A model generated the notes under the pieces. That model saw only the letters and a program-made list of their open reading frames with translations. It had not been told where the DNA came from and did not search any database. Made by a program: the position numbers and the translations under genes. A DNA stretch of 60,629 bases, from contig CAYRLZ010000019.1 in NCBI GenBank assembly GCA_964425275.1, positions 1 to 60,629 of the forward strand. The letters run 5' to 3'. Below, piece by piece: positions 27,046-36,915 of the stretch. The stretch's first letter is position 1; each line of letters begins with the position of its first letter. This DNA comes from an uncultured bacterium. GTDB taxonomy: Bacteria; Hydrothermota; Tepidihabitantia; Tepidihabitantales; JBDRVQ01.

Positions 27046-28521
27046 ATGAAGGTCATCCTGGCTGGTTTTAATGTGGATACAGCGCACTTATTGAGTCTAA
27101 CGAGGAAAAAGAAGATAGCCCTCACCCCAGAGACGATTGCCGCGGCTTATGCCCGAATCAGTAGAAGTAACTTGTCAGTAACCGAATTAAGAAAAAAGGC
27201 ACGGGAGGAAGTAGAAAAGGCCAGGAAATCGGCGAAGAGGATAATCTTTGATATGGGGCACCATTCAATTGCTGAACATGCGGTATTTAATTTTGACATT
27301 ATCGGTATCTCGCGTTTGGCGGTAGAAGAAGTTGAGCGATTTCGTTTAGGTTCTTATACAGAAAAATCGCAGAGGTATGTTATCTTTGAAAAAGGCTATT
27401 TCATCCCGCCGGAGATTAGGTCAACTTCTTATGAAAAGAACTATTCAGCACTCATTGCCGAGCAATTTGAATTTTATCACTACCTGATTGAAAAAATAAA
27501 GGCGTATATTTTGCAGGAAAATAAGGGGATTAAAGAGAAGGACGCGGAAAACCGGGCAAAAGAAGATGCCCGCTACTGCCTCCCTTTGGCCACAACCACT
27601 CAATTAGGGATGACAATCAACGCCCGAAATTTAGAATATCTTTTAAGAAACTCAGCCGCCGCACCTTTGAGAGAAATAAGAGAGTTGGGGAAAAGACTCT
27701 TCTCCGCGGTAAAGGAAATCGCCCCTTCCCTCTTACTTTTCTATCAATCAACGGCCTATGAAGAAAAGAGAGGTGAGGATTTAAGGGAATTAATCCAGAA
27801 AAATCTTGGCCAAAATATAAGTAAGGCGACGCCAGGCACAGTTAACAGCACTTCGGAAGGAGATGTTAGGCTTATCTACTATAACCCAGATTCCGAGCCT
27901 TTAATCGCCGCGGCCCTTCTTTATCCTTATGCCTCTTTACCCTTTGGGGAACTAAAGAAAATTGTCTTGGGGAAAGAGAGGGAGATTCTAAAAACCGCCT
28001 GTCGCTATTTAGAGTTTTACGATGCCCTTCCCCGAGAATTTGAACTCGCTCATTTTATATTTGAGATTACCCTTTCCGCCTCGGCCTTTGCTCAATTGAA
28101 ACGGCATCGGATGGCAACTCTAATCAAGAGACCTTATTCACCCGAACTCGGTTTTGTCCTTCCACCATCAATCGCAAAAATTGGGGAGGGTGAGAGATTT
28201 AAGGACCTCATTGCGAAGACAAATCAATTTTTTTACTCCTTAGAAAAGTCTCATCCGGCGATAAAAGAATATATCCTCACCAATGCCCATAAGCGAAGGG
28301 TTCTTTTGGGCTTGAATGCTCGGGAATTATATCATCTCAGCCGTTTGCGTTCGGATGCCACCGCTCAGTGGGAAATCAGGAAGATTTCCGATGCGATTGT
28401 TAAAATCGTTCAAAGAGACCTGCCCCTCCTTTTCTTTTTATTATCCGGAAAGGATAAATATCATGAGGTCTATAAGGATGTATATGGTTGCCAGCCGAAA
28501 TTCCGGCCACCAAAGATATAA
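27046..28521 (+). CDS. thyX: tandem (fused double-domain) FAD-dependent thymidylate synthase ThyX-like protein
   Basis: 491 aa, about twice the usual ThyX length. The N-terminal half has HHSIAEH and RFRLGSYTEKSQRY (ThyX motif with H replaced by F). The C-terminal half has QLKRHRMATL and LSRLRSD. Confidence 0.7.
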   Translation: MKVILAGFNVDTAHLLSLTRKKKIALTPETIAAAYARISRSNLSVTELRKKAREEVEKARKSAKRIIFDMGHHSIAEHAVFNFDIIGISRLAVEEVERFRLGSYTEKSQRYVIFEKGYFIPPEIRSTSYEKNYSALIAEQFEFYHYLIEKIKAYILQENKGIKEKDAENRAKEDARYCLPLATTTQLGMTINARNLEYLLRNSAAAPLREIRELGKRLFSAVKEIAPSLLLFYQSTAYEEKRGEDLRELIQKNLGQNISKATPGTVNSTSEGDVRLIYYNPDSEPLIAAALLYPYASLPFGELKKIVLGKEREILKTACRYLEFYDALPREFELAHFIFEITLSASAFAQLKRHRMATLIKRPYSPELGFVLPPSIAKIGEGERFKDLIAKTNQFFYSLEKSHPAIKEYILTNAHKRRVLLGLNARELYHLSRLRSDATAQWEIRKISDAIVKIVQRDLPLLFFLLSGKDKYHEVYKDVYGCQPKFRPPKI

Positions 28522-28533
28522 GGCACAATCGGC

Positions 28534-29604
28534 TTAAAATTCTTGGGTCTGGGAACGGAAAGGAGGGTTTTCTAAATTGGTCTTTACTGAATCTAAGGGG
28601 GAATCAATTGGATAATAGGTCCTTAATAGATAAGAGGGGAGATGAAATGGTTCGTCTTCCAGGTAGGATTTTGCCTTTTCTTCACTTTCAAAGATGAAGT
28701 GGGCAATCTGTTTTTTTATCTCTGGATAAACGGGTAGATAACAGGATAAAACCTCCTGATAACGATGGAGATAAACCGGTGCGGCAAAACCGATTAAGGT
28801 GGCCATTTGGAGAGAAGAGGGCTTGAAACCATTTTGTTTTAGGTGGCTTAGGATATACATAATATCGTCAAAGGTTAAATCGGTATCTTTCCCAATGATT
28901 TTCATTACCCCTTTTACTAAATTTGCCCGAAAGATTGGCTTAGATAATAGACCCCATAAATTCTCCGTGGCGAGTTTAATAAAAATCAAGGAGTTTCTTC
29001 CCCGGTCAATATCATCCCTTTTCCAAATCTTTCGGCTCCGAAGGAGATACCGGGCCTCCTGAGCATTTCTTATCGGTCGGTTGCGGAGGGTGAGGTTTTT
29101 GAGATAAGGCAAAAGAAAGGAAAATATCTCTTGGAAAGAGGACAGGTTGATTGTTAGGTAGCGATGGATTGGAATATTGAAATTCCGTTGAAGGACAGCG
29201 ATTAAGAGTTTTTCTTGACCAAAGAAATAACTGTGATTTATTTTATCCATATGGCAAAAATCGGTATCACTTTCCGCCTTGGTGTAGCCCGGGATATGGA
29301 CGAGCATATCCCGGGGGATATTTATTAAGTTGACAATTCCTTTTTTTAGGTTGATATGGGCAATATTAATGATATCACTCCTTCCCCTCGGTTCTAATTC
29401 TTTGACAACTCTTCCATCCGGTAATTTTTTAAAAAGCAGTCGGGCATCATTGCCAATGATTAGTATGTTAAAGACCTCCCCTAAATCACTCTGATAATCA
29501 GTTTCTTGTGGTTCACGGCGAAAAGGGCGGGTGTTTTTTATAAGAAAAATCGCAACCAGAAGAAGCGAGGAGGAAAGGAAAATTAAGGCAATTAACCGGC
29601 GCAT
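28534..29604 (-). CDS. LytR-CpsA-Psr (LCP) family protein
   Basis: N-terminal TM anchor. The segment NILIIGNDAR...RGRSDIINIAHIN is typical of LCP phosphotransferases. Confidence 0.75.
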   Translation of the reverse strand: MRRLIALIFLSSSLLLVAIFLIKNTRPFRREPQETDYQSDLGEVFNILIIGNDARLLFKKLPDGRVVKELEPRGRSDIINIAHINLKKGIVNLINIPRDMLVHIPGYTKAESDTDFCHMDKINHSYFFGQEKLLIAVLQRNFNIPIHRYLTINLSSFQEIFSFLLPYLKNLTLRNRPIRNAQEARYLLRSRKIWKRDDIDRGRNSLIFIKLATENLWGLLSKPIFRANLVKGVMKIIGKDTDLTFDDIMYILSHLKQNGFKPSSLQMATLIGFAAPVYLHRYQEVLSCYLPVYPEIKKQIAHFIFESEEKAKSYLEDEPFHLPSYLLRTYYPIDSPLDSVKTNLENPPFRSQTQEF

Positions 29605-29688
29605 AACGACGGTATTTAATCAACCAGCGAACTTATTTCTAATAGGATAAGGTAGATTACTAAAAAGTCAACCGACAGGGTGGTCGTC

Positions 29689-29717
29689 TTGACTAATTGG
29701 GGAGAATTTAGTAAAAT
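29689..29717 (+). promoter_or_regulatory. sigma-70-type promoter
   Basis: TTGACT (29689-29694), 17-nt spacer, TAAAAT (29712-29717). The GTG start at 29723 lies 5 nt downstream. Confidence 0.45.
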
Positions 29718-29722
29718 TTATC

Positions 29723-30685
29723 GTGAGAAAGATTTGCGTTTGTGCGATTGGTGGAAACTCCTTAATCCAAAGCCCAAATAGTTTTTCCTTTTATGACCAG
29801 TATGAAACAGTTAAGGAGACCTGTCGCCATTTGCTTCCGATAATTAAAGAAGGTTACGAATTGGTTATCACCCACGGTAACGGACCTCAGATTGGGTTTC
29901 TTCTTCTCCGCTCCCATTTCTCTCGGAATCTCCTTCCGGAAATTCCCTTAGAAGGAGGGAATGCGATGACCCAAGGAGAAATCGGCTATATGATTAGCGA
30001 GACCCTCACTAATATTTTAAGGGAGAAGAATATAGAAAAGGAGGCAGTGGCCGTTCTCACCCGGGTCCTGGTCTCCCCTTTTGACCCCTCTTTCAAAAGA
30101 CCGACAAAACCAATTGGTCCTTTCTATTCCCGGGCCGAGGCGGCGGAACTACAAAAAAAATATCAGTGGGTAATGAAGGAAGATGCCGGGAGAGGTTTTC
30201 GTCGGATTGTTCCGTCTCCAAAACCACTTGATATCTTGGAAAAAGAGGCGATAAAAGACCTCTTAGATAAAGGCTCGGTTGTTATCGCCTGCGGCGGTGG
30301 CGGAATCCCAGTCGTCAGAGAAGATGGCGTGCCAACTGAAAGAAAAGCCATTACTTATCGGGGGGTGGCCAGTGTTGTTGATAAAGATTTAGCCTCAAGT
30401 CTTTTGGCGACCCTTATCCAGGCATCACTCTTTATTATCTCGACCGCGGTGGATCGGGTCTATTTGAATTATGGGCAAGCAAACCAGCGGCCACTTTTCG
30501 TCTTGACCACAAAAGAGGCTAAGCGATACTTAAAGGAAGGACAATTTCCCGAAGGGAGTATGGGGCCGAAGATAAAATCGGCGATAAGGTTTTTGGAAAG
30601 TGGCGGGGAAGAGGTAATTATCACATCCCCGGAGAAGATTGGGATGGCATTAAAGGGAAAGGCCGGGACAAGGGTTATCCGATGA
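29723..30685 (+). CDS. arcC: carbamate kinase
   Basis: 320 aa with AIGGNSL, THGNGPQIG, DAGRGFRRIVPSPKP, GGGGIPV, VVDKDLAS and FPEGSMGPKI, all carbamate kinase signatures. Confidence 0.88.
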   Translation: MRKICVCAIGGNSLIQSPNSFSFYDQYETVKETCRHLLPIIKEGYELVITHGNGPQIGFLLLRSHFSRNLLPEIPLEGGNAMTQGEIGYMISETLTNILREKNIEKEAVAVLTRVLVSPFDPSFKRPTKPIGPFYSRAEAAELQKKYQWVMKEDAGRGFRRIVPSPKPLDILEKEAIKDLLDKGSVVIACGGGGIPVVREDGVPTERKAITYRGVASVVDKDLASSLLATLIQASLFIISTAVDRVYLNYGQANQRPLFVLTTKEAKRYLKEGQFPEGSMGPKIKSAIRFLESGGEEVIITSPEKIGMALKGKAGTRVIR

Positions 30686-31953
30686 AGAGTAATCAAGAAA
30701 AATTTCTGATTTTTAATCTAATTCTTTTAGGAATCATAGCAAGTGCGGTCAGTTCTGGGGAGCGGCTTTTAATCCCGATGGATTTCAAACAGACCGACCA
30801 CCTTAGGGCTTATGGGGTTGCTTATCGTGCCTTACAGAAGGGGATAAAGGTTGAGTGGTTACTTAACTATCGCGGCGGTTCCTTTATGATGGCCCGCACC
30901 GATTGGGGAGAAAGGGAGTGCCGACTGAAAGGCGTCTCCTACGAAATTATACCCGCTTGGGAAGAGGCGGAGATAAGAAAGACAATTGTTAATAATAATA
31001 TGGAGGCTATTCTCTTAGAGAAGGCACCAAAGGTTGCGGTTTATGTGCCGCCCAATGCTGAACCCTGGGACGATGCCGTCCGTTTGGCATTGGAATATGC
31101 TGAGATTCCCTATACCGCGTTATGGGATAAAGAGGTTTTGGCCGGGAAGATCTTCCATTACGACTGGCTTCATCTTCATCATGAAGATTTTACCGGGCAG
31201 TATGGAAAGTTTTATGGCAGTTATGCCAACGAAGCCTGGTATAAAGAAGAAGTGAAGACGAACGAATTGATGGCCAAGACCTTAGGGTTTAATAAGGTTT
31301 CAAAGTTAAAACTGGCAGTAATTAAGGAGATTAAACGGTATATTGAGGGAGGGGGGATGGTCTTTGCGATGTGTTCCTCAACCGATACCCCGGATATTGC
31401 CCTGGCCGCTGAGGCAACGGATATTTGCCCGAAGGAATTTGATGGTGACGGGATTGACCCCAATTACCGGGCGAAGTTGGATTATAGTAATTGCCTGGCT
31501 TTTGAAAACTTCAATCTAATCACCGACCCTTATCTTTATGAACATTCGGATATTGATGTCTATAATGAGGCACAGGCTCGGGGACCGGATGTCTATTTTT
31601 CCCTCTTTGACTTTTCCGCCAAATATGACCCGGTTCCCTGTATGTTAGTGCAAAACCATGTTTCATTAGTGAAAGAATTTTTGGGACAGAACTGTGGTTT
31701 CCGAAGGGATAAGATAAAAAAGCGGGTTTTAATTTTAGGCGAGGTTGTTGGGACGGAAGAGGTAAAATATATTCACGGAAATTTTGGCAAAGGGACCTTT
31801 ACCTTTTTAGGAGGACATGACCCAGAAGATTATGCCCACCGCATTGGCGACCCACCAACTAATTTGGCATTGCATAAAAATTCTCCGGGCTACCGTTTAA
31901 TCCTTAATAATGTCCTCTTTCCGGCCGCGGAGAAGAAACCATTAAAGACTTAA
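30682..31953 (+). CDS. conserved exported or membrane-anchored protein (a family I recall being auto-annotated as asparagine synthetase B in Bacteroidetes)
   Basis: 423 aa with an N-terminal hydrophobic anchor. The segment MDFKQTDHLRAYGVAYRALQKGIKVEWLLNYRGGSFMM resembles that family. The start overlaps the arcC stop (ATGA). Confidence 0.5.
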   Translation: MKSNQEKFLIFNLILLGIIASAVSSGERLLIPMDFKQTDHLRAYGVAYRALQKGIKVEWLLNYRGGSFMMARTDWGERECRLKGVSYEIIPAWEEAEIRKTIVNNNMEAILLEKAPKVAVYVPPNAEPWDDAVRLALEYAEIPYTALWDKEVLAGKIFHYDWLHLHHEDFTGQYGKFYGSYANEAWYKEEVKTNELMAKTLGFNKVSKLKLAVIKEIKRYIEGGGMVFAMCSSTDTPDIALAAEATDICPKEFDGDGIDPNYRAKLDYSNCLAFENFNLITDPYLYEHSDIDVYNEAQARGPDVYFSLFDFSAKYDPVPCMLVQNHVSLVKEFLGQNCGFRRDKIKKRVLILGEVVGTEEVKYIHGNFGKGTFTFLGGHDPEDYAHRIGDPPTNLALHKNSPGYRLILNNVLFPAAEKKPLKT

Positions 31954-31963
31954 AAAGAATAAA

Positions 31964-32824
31964 ATGGAATCGGAAGCCCTCTGTATTCCTTGTGTGGTCA
32001 AGCAGTGCCAAAGGATTGCCCAAAGGGTATCGTCGGAAGCGGCGGTTTTTTATGAGGTGACCAAATTGGCAATGGAATTAGTAAGTCAGTTTTCACTAAA
32101 AGAACCCCCCAGTCTTTTTACATCCCAGATAATTAGAGAGGTCTATAAACTCCTCAATTCACCCGACCCCTTTATTGACCTAAAGCGAGAGATGCAGGAA
32201 TTGGGGAAAAAGACAGCGGCGAAGATAAAAAGGATAATTGATGCTTCAAGAGACCCGATTCATACCGCGATAAAATTCGCTGGTGCCGGCAATATTATTG
32301 ATATTGGACCACAAGACAATTTTGATTTAGAGAGGACATTAACTGATATTACCTTTGCTTGGGACGACTACAAAATCTTTAAGAATAAATTGAAAGGTAG
32401 TGAAAAATTGCTATATATCTTAGATAATGCCGGGGAGATCTACTTTGATGAACTACTAATTGAAAGGCTATTAAGATTGGCAGACTTGAAGGTGATAATG
32501 GTCGTAAAAGAGAGACCAATCTTAAATGATGCCACATTAAAAGAGGTGAAAGAGACCAGATTGTTTGATTTGGGCGAGGTGATAACAACTGGCTCTGGAT
32601 TCTTGGGGATAAATTTCCAAGAGGCAAGTGAAAGGTTTTTGTCGGAATACGAGACCGCGGATATGGTAATTGCCAAGGGTCATGCCAATTTTGAATCCCT
32701 AATTGATTGTGAGCGGGACGGGTTTTTTATCTTAAAGGCAAAGTGCCCAGTGGTCGCTAATCGCTTGGGGGTTAAAGTTGGGGACTTGGTTTTCTACTAT
32801 TCTCCAATCAAGACCAAAGAGTAG
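31964..32824 (+). CDS. DUF89 / ARMT1-like damage-control phosphatase family protein
   Basis: 286 aa. LYILDNAGEIYFD and AKGHANFESL are DUF89 hallmarks. Confidence 0.75.
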   Translation: MESEALCIPCVVKQCQRIAQRVSSEAAVFYEVTKLAMELVSQFSLKEPPSLFTSQIIREVYKLLNSPDPFIDLKREMQELGKKTAAKIKRIIDASRDPIHTAIKFAGAGNIIDIGPQDNFDLERTLTDITFAWDDYKIFKNKLKGSEKLLYILDNAGEIYFDELLIERLLRLADLKVIMVVKERPILNDATLKEVKETRLFDLGEVITTGSGFLGINFQEASERFLSEYETADMVIAKGHANFESLIDCERDGFFILKAKCPVVANRLGVKVGDLVFYYSPIKTKE

Positions 32825-32828
32825 AAAT

Positions 32829-35690
32829 TCAAGAAGTCAATACAGGTTTCAGAAACTTTCCGGTGTAAGACCTTTCACACTTAATAATTGTCTCCGGTGG
32901 ACCTTCAGCCACAATGTAACCACCAGCCGCACCGCCCTCGGGTCCTAAATCAATAATCCAGTCAGCACACTTTATCACCTCCATATTATGTTCAATCACC
33001 ACAACCGTATTCCCGCTATCAACTAATCGGTTCAATACCGCTAAGAGTAGTCTTACATCCTCAAAGTGTAAACCGGTTGTCGGTTCGTCTAAGAGATAAA
33101 GGGTTCTACCGGTGGCGACCTTTGACAACTCCTTTGCCAATTTTATCCTTTGTGCCTCACCGCCGGATAATGTCGTTGCTGGCTGTCCGAGTTTTATATA
33201 ACCCAGGCCAACATTTCTCAGGAGGGAGAGCTTTCGCCTAATCGGAGGGATGTTTTGAAAAAATACCAACGCCTCATCAACCGACATCTCCAAGACCTCA
33301 TAGATATTCTTTCCTTTATATCTCACCTCTAAGGTCTCCCGATTATAACGTTTCCCTTTGCAGACTTCACAGGGGACATAAACATCCGGTAAGAAGTGCA
33401 TCTCGATTTTCTTTATTCCGTCACCGGCACAGGCTTCACATCTCCCGCCCCGAACATTAAAGGAAAAACGGCCTGGTTTATAGCCTCGCATCCTTGCCTC
33501 TTTTGTCTGGGCGAAAAGTTCCCGAATTGGGGTGAAGGTGTTGGTATAAGTCGCCGGATTGGAACGGGGAGTTCGGCCAATCGGTGATTGGTCAATATTT
33601 ATCACTTTATCAATCTTATCAATGTGTAAAATTGTCTTATGGCTTCCTGGTTTTTCCTTGGAATTATAAAAGAATGAGGCTAATGCCTTATATAAGATAT
33701 CAAAGATTAAGGTGCTCTTTCCCGAGCCCGAAACACCGGTGACACAGACCAAGACTCCTAAGGGAATGGTGACATTAATCCCTTTGAGATTATTTTCTCT
33801 TGCCCCAATGATTTTAATTGCCGCATCTTTGGGGAGTCGTCGTTTTTGCGGAATGGGGATTTTTTTTTCTCCGGAGAGATAGGCACCAGTCAAAGAGGCC
33901 GGGTTTTTCATAATTTCCGACGGTGTTCCGGTGGCCACTAAATGACCTCCCTGTTCCCCGGCCCCTGGTCCTAAATCGATCACATAGTCGGCCGCGAGAA
34001 TCATATCACGGTCGTGTTCCACGACAATCACTGTATTCCCTAAGTCGCGTAGTTTACCCAGGGTGTCAATTAACTTTCGATTATCTCTAACATGAAGTCC
34101 AATACTTGGTTCATCTAAGATATAAGTGACACCAACCAATCCGGACCCAATTTGGGTCGCTAATCTTACCCTCTGCTCTTCGCCACCCCCTAAGGTATCG
34201 GTCCTTCGGTCCAGGGTTAAATAATCGACGCCGACCGCGATTAAAAAATTAAGTCGTTTCTTTATCTCTTTTATTATCTCGCCGGCAATCAAAATTTCTG
34301 TGGTCGAAAGCATCGGTTGCCCGGTATCTGGAAGAATGTTTTCAAAAAACTGATAGAGCTCTTGAATTGAAAGGCTTGTGAGGTCAGATATTGATTTGCC
34401 CTGAATCTTTACCGATAGACTCTCCTTTCGCAGTCGGGCATTATTACACACCGGACAGGGTAGGATTGACATATATCGCTCAACCCATTCTCGGGTTGCG
34501 TCCGAATCGGTCTCCTGGTAAATTCGCATTAGGTGGGGAACTAACCCTTCAAACTTTTCATAATTACGATATTTTGTTCCATCCCATCTCTCGTATTCAA
34601 TTAGCATCTCTTCTTTGGTGCCATAGAGGATAACCGCTTTTGCCTTCTCGGGGATTTCTCGCCAGGGCTTATTAAGACTAAAACCATAATATTTGGCAAG
34701 GGCCTTCAGGTTGGCTGTGAACCACGAACCTTTCGGTTGACCCCAGGGTTCAATCGCTCCCTCCATTATGCTCAATTCGGGACTCGTAATTAATCTTTCC
34801 GGGTCAATCTCCATCTTTGTCCCTAAACCATGACAGGCTGGACAGGCACCATAAGGGGAATTGAAGGAAAAGAGACGGGGAGAGATTTCTTCGTAACTGA
34901 AACCACAGTTGACACAAGCCAATTCTGAGGAGAAGATATTTTCTTTTCCCTCAGTTAAAACAATACATAATCCCTGCCCCTCTTTCAACGCCAGTTCCAA
35001 AGAGTCAGCCAGCCTTTTTCTTATTTCGGGTTTTAAGATAAGGCGGTCAATAACGATTTCAATATTATGCCTTTGATATTTATGGAGTTCGGGGGCTTTT
35101 TCGACTTCAAATACTTCACCGTTTATCCTCACTCGGATAAATCCTCGTTTTTTAATCTTTGCCAATAAATCCTTATATTCTCCCTTTCTTCCCCGAACCA
35201 CCGGCGCTAGGATTTCAATTTTAGTCCCCGGTTTCCAGTTCATTACGAGGTCAACAATCTGGTCGGTCGTCTGGCGGGTAATCTCCTTTTGACAATTGGG
35301 GCAGAATGGTTTACCAATCCGGGCAAAGAGAACTCGTAAATAATCGTAAATTTCGGTAACTGTGCCAACAATCGAGCGGGGGTTTTTGGCCGCGGTTCGC
35401 TGTTCAATCGCAATTGCCGGTGATAATCCTTCAATGTAATCAACATTTGGTTTTTCAATCATCCCCAGAAACTGCCGGGCATAAGCGGAAAGTGATTCAA
35501 TGTATCGCCTTTTCCCTTCGGCATAAATTGTATCAAAGGCCAAGGATGATTTTCCTGAACCGGAAATTCCCGTGATGACTACTAAGCGGTTGCGGGGAAT
35601 CTTGACATCAATATTTTTTAGATTATGCTCCCGCGCCCCTTTCACAAAGATATATTGGACTTCGTCCCGGCTACGCAGTGCGTCTTTCAT
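32829..35690 (-). CDS. uvrA: excinuclease ABC subunit A
   Basis: 953 aa. Two ABC ATPase modules ([20 protein letters not shown]; LSGGEAQR), zinc fingers, and the N-terminal [13 protein letters not shown]. Confidence 0.98.
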   Translation of the reverse strand: MKDALRSRDEVQYIFVKGAREHNLKNIDVKIPRNRLVVITGISGSGKSSLAFDTIYAEGKRRYIESLSAYARQFLGMIEKPNVDYIEGLSPAIAIEQRTAAKNPRSIVGTVTEIYDYLRVLFARIGKPFCPNCQKEITRQTTDQIVDLVMNWKPGTKIEILAPVVRGRKGEYKDLLAKIKKRGFIRVRINGEVFEVEKAPELHKYQRHNIEIVIDRLILKPEIRKRLADSLELALKEGQGLCIVLTEGKENIFSSELACVNCGFSYEEISPRLFSFNSPYGACPACHGLGTKMEIDPERLITSPELSIMEGAIEPWGQPKGSWFTANLKALAKYYGFSLNKPWREIPEKAKAVILYGTKEEMLIEYERWDGTKYRNYEKFEGLVPHLMRIYQETDSDATREWVERYMSILPCPVCNNARLRKESLSVKIQGKSISDLTSLSIQELYQFFENILPDTGQPMLSTTEILIAGEIIKEIKKRLNFLIAVGVDYLTLDRRTDTLGGGEEQRVRLATQIGSGLVGVTYILDEPSIGLHVRDNRKLIDTLGKLRDLGNTVIVVEHDRDMILAADYVIDLGPGAGEQGGHLVATGTPSEIMKNPASLTGAYLSGEKKIPIPQKRRLPKDAAIKIIGARENNLKGINVTIPLGVLVCVTGVSGSGKSTLIFDILYKALASFFYNSKEKPGSHKTILHIDKIDKVINIDQSPIGRTPRSNPATYTNTFTPIRELFAQTKEARMRGYKPGRFSFNVRGGRCEACAGDGIKKIEMHFLPDVYVPCEVCKGKRYNRETLEVRYKGKNIYEVLEMSVDEALVFFQNIPPIRRKLSLLRNVGLGYIKLGQPATTLSGGEAQRIKLAKELSKVATGRTLYLLDEPTTGLHFEDVRLLLAVLNRLVDSGNTVVVIEHNMEVIKCADWIIDLGPEGGAAGGYIVAEGPPETIIKCERSYTGKFLKPVLTS

Positions 35691-35751
35691 CTAATGGTAT
35701 GAATAAAAAAACTTATTGGTTTATGGACGGTGTCGCCCGCTTTGCGTGGGG

Positions 35752-36915
35752 TTAGTAAACTTGTAGGATAAAACATCGCAGGTATTCCGATTCCGGCATA
35801 CTCAAGATTATTGGGTGGTCTGGTCCCTGGGTAGTTCGTCCGATAATCTTGAAATCCCTTTCCGCATCTTCGGCGGCACTCACTAAACACTCCAGAAAAT
35901 CTTGCCAGAAGAAGTAATGGGAGCAGGTAGAGGTAACTAAGATGCCATTTCTTTTTAAGAGCCGCATCGCCTGGAGATTTATATCCCGATACCCCCGCCA
36001 ACCACTTTCTTTTTCCTTCAATCTTTTGATAAATGGTGGCGGGTCAAGGACAATCAAGTCAAAGACCTTTCTTTGGTAATAAAGTTCCCTTAATACCTGA
36101 AAGGCATTCCCAATGAGAAATTGGCAGCGGTCGCCAACATTATTCAATACAGCATTTCGTTTCGCCAGTTCAATCGCCGACGCTGAGCCATCAATACCTA
36201 ACACCTTTTTCGCCCCACCCAGGGCGGCATTTATGGCAAAACTTCCGGTGTAGGTGAAGACATCCAAGACATCTTTCCCTTCGCTCATCTCGCGCACCTT
36301 GCGTCGGGTAATCCGTTGGTCAAAATAATAGCCGGTCTTCTGACCTTCTTTGATATTGACATAAAACTTGGCGCCATTCTCACTGATGATTACCTCTTCT
36401 GGTTTGCCGTATAGAACCCCTTCCTTTCTTTCCAACCCTTCCAGACTACGGGCAGGAAAGTCATTCTTCTCAAAGATACATTTTACCGGAAAAAGGGCAA
36501 GGAGTGCCTCAATTATCTTATCTTTTCTCAGATCCGCCCCATAAGAATAGGTCTGTAAGGCAAAGTGGTCCTGATATTTATCAATCACGACCCCGGTCAA
36601 GTTATCGCTTTCGCCATAAATCAGGCGAAAGTCCTCTTCCTCGGGTAAGAGTTTTTTCCGATAGTGATAGGCATCTGCAATTCTCTTTTTTATTAAGGGG
36701 CAATCAAAGTCTTCGTCTTCGGAGGAAAAGATTCTTATCCGGACATTAGATTTTGAATTATAAAAACCACGACCAATAAATTTCCCTCCTTCATAAACTT
36801 TTACAATATCACCCTGAAGCAAATGGCCATTGATTTGGACAATCTCATCTTTAAAGACCCAGATGTGTCTTTTCTTTGAGCGCTTCCTTTGAATGTGAAC
36901 CGACTTCTCGGTCAT
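35752..36915 (-). CDS. rlmI: class I SAM-dependent rRNA methyltransferase, RlmI-like (PUA + MTase)
   Basis: 387 aa. N-terminal PUA-like region, VLDVFTYTGSFAINAA, and DLIVLDPPPF. Confidence 0.75.
   Translation of the reverse strand: MTEKSVHIQRKRSKKRHIWVFKDEIVQINGHLLQGDIVKVYEGGKFIGRGFYNSKSNVRIRIFSSEDEDFDCPLIKKRIADAYHYRKKLLPEEEDFRLIYGESDNLTGVVIDKYQDHFALQTYSYGADLRKDKIIEALLALFPVKCIFEKNDFPARSLEGLERKEGVLYGKPEEVIISENGAKFYVNIKEGQKTGYYFDQRITRRKVREMSEGKDVLDVFTYTGSFAINAALGGAKKVLGIDGSASAIELAKRNAVLNNVGDRCQFLIGNAFQVLRELYYQRKVFDLIVLDPPPFIKRLKEKESGWRGYRDINLQAMRLLKRNGILVTSTCSHYFFWQDFLECLVSAAEDAERDFKIIGRTTQGPDHPIILSMPESEYLRCFILQVY

Noticed and set aside
35687-36001. The 104-aa minus-strand ORF overlapping the 3' end of the rlmI-like gene.
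   Set aside because: It is an out-of-frame overlap with a recognisable methyltransferase C-terminus and has no independent evidence.
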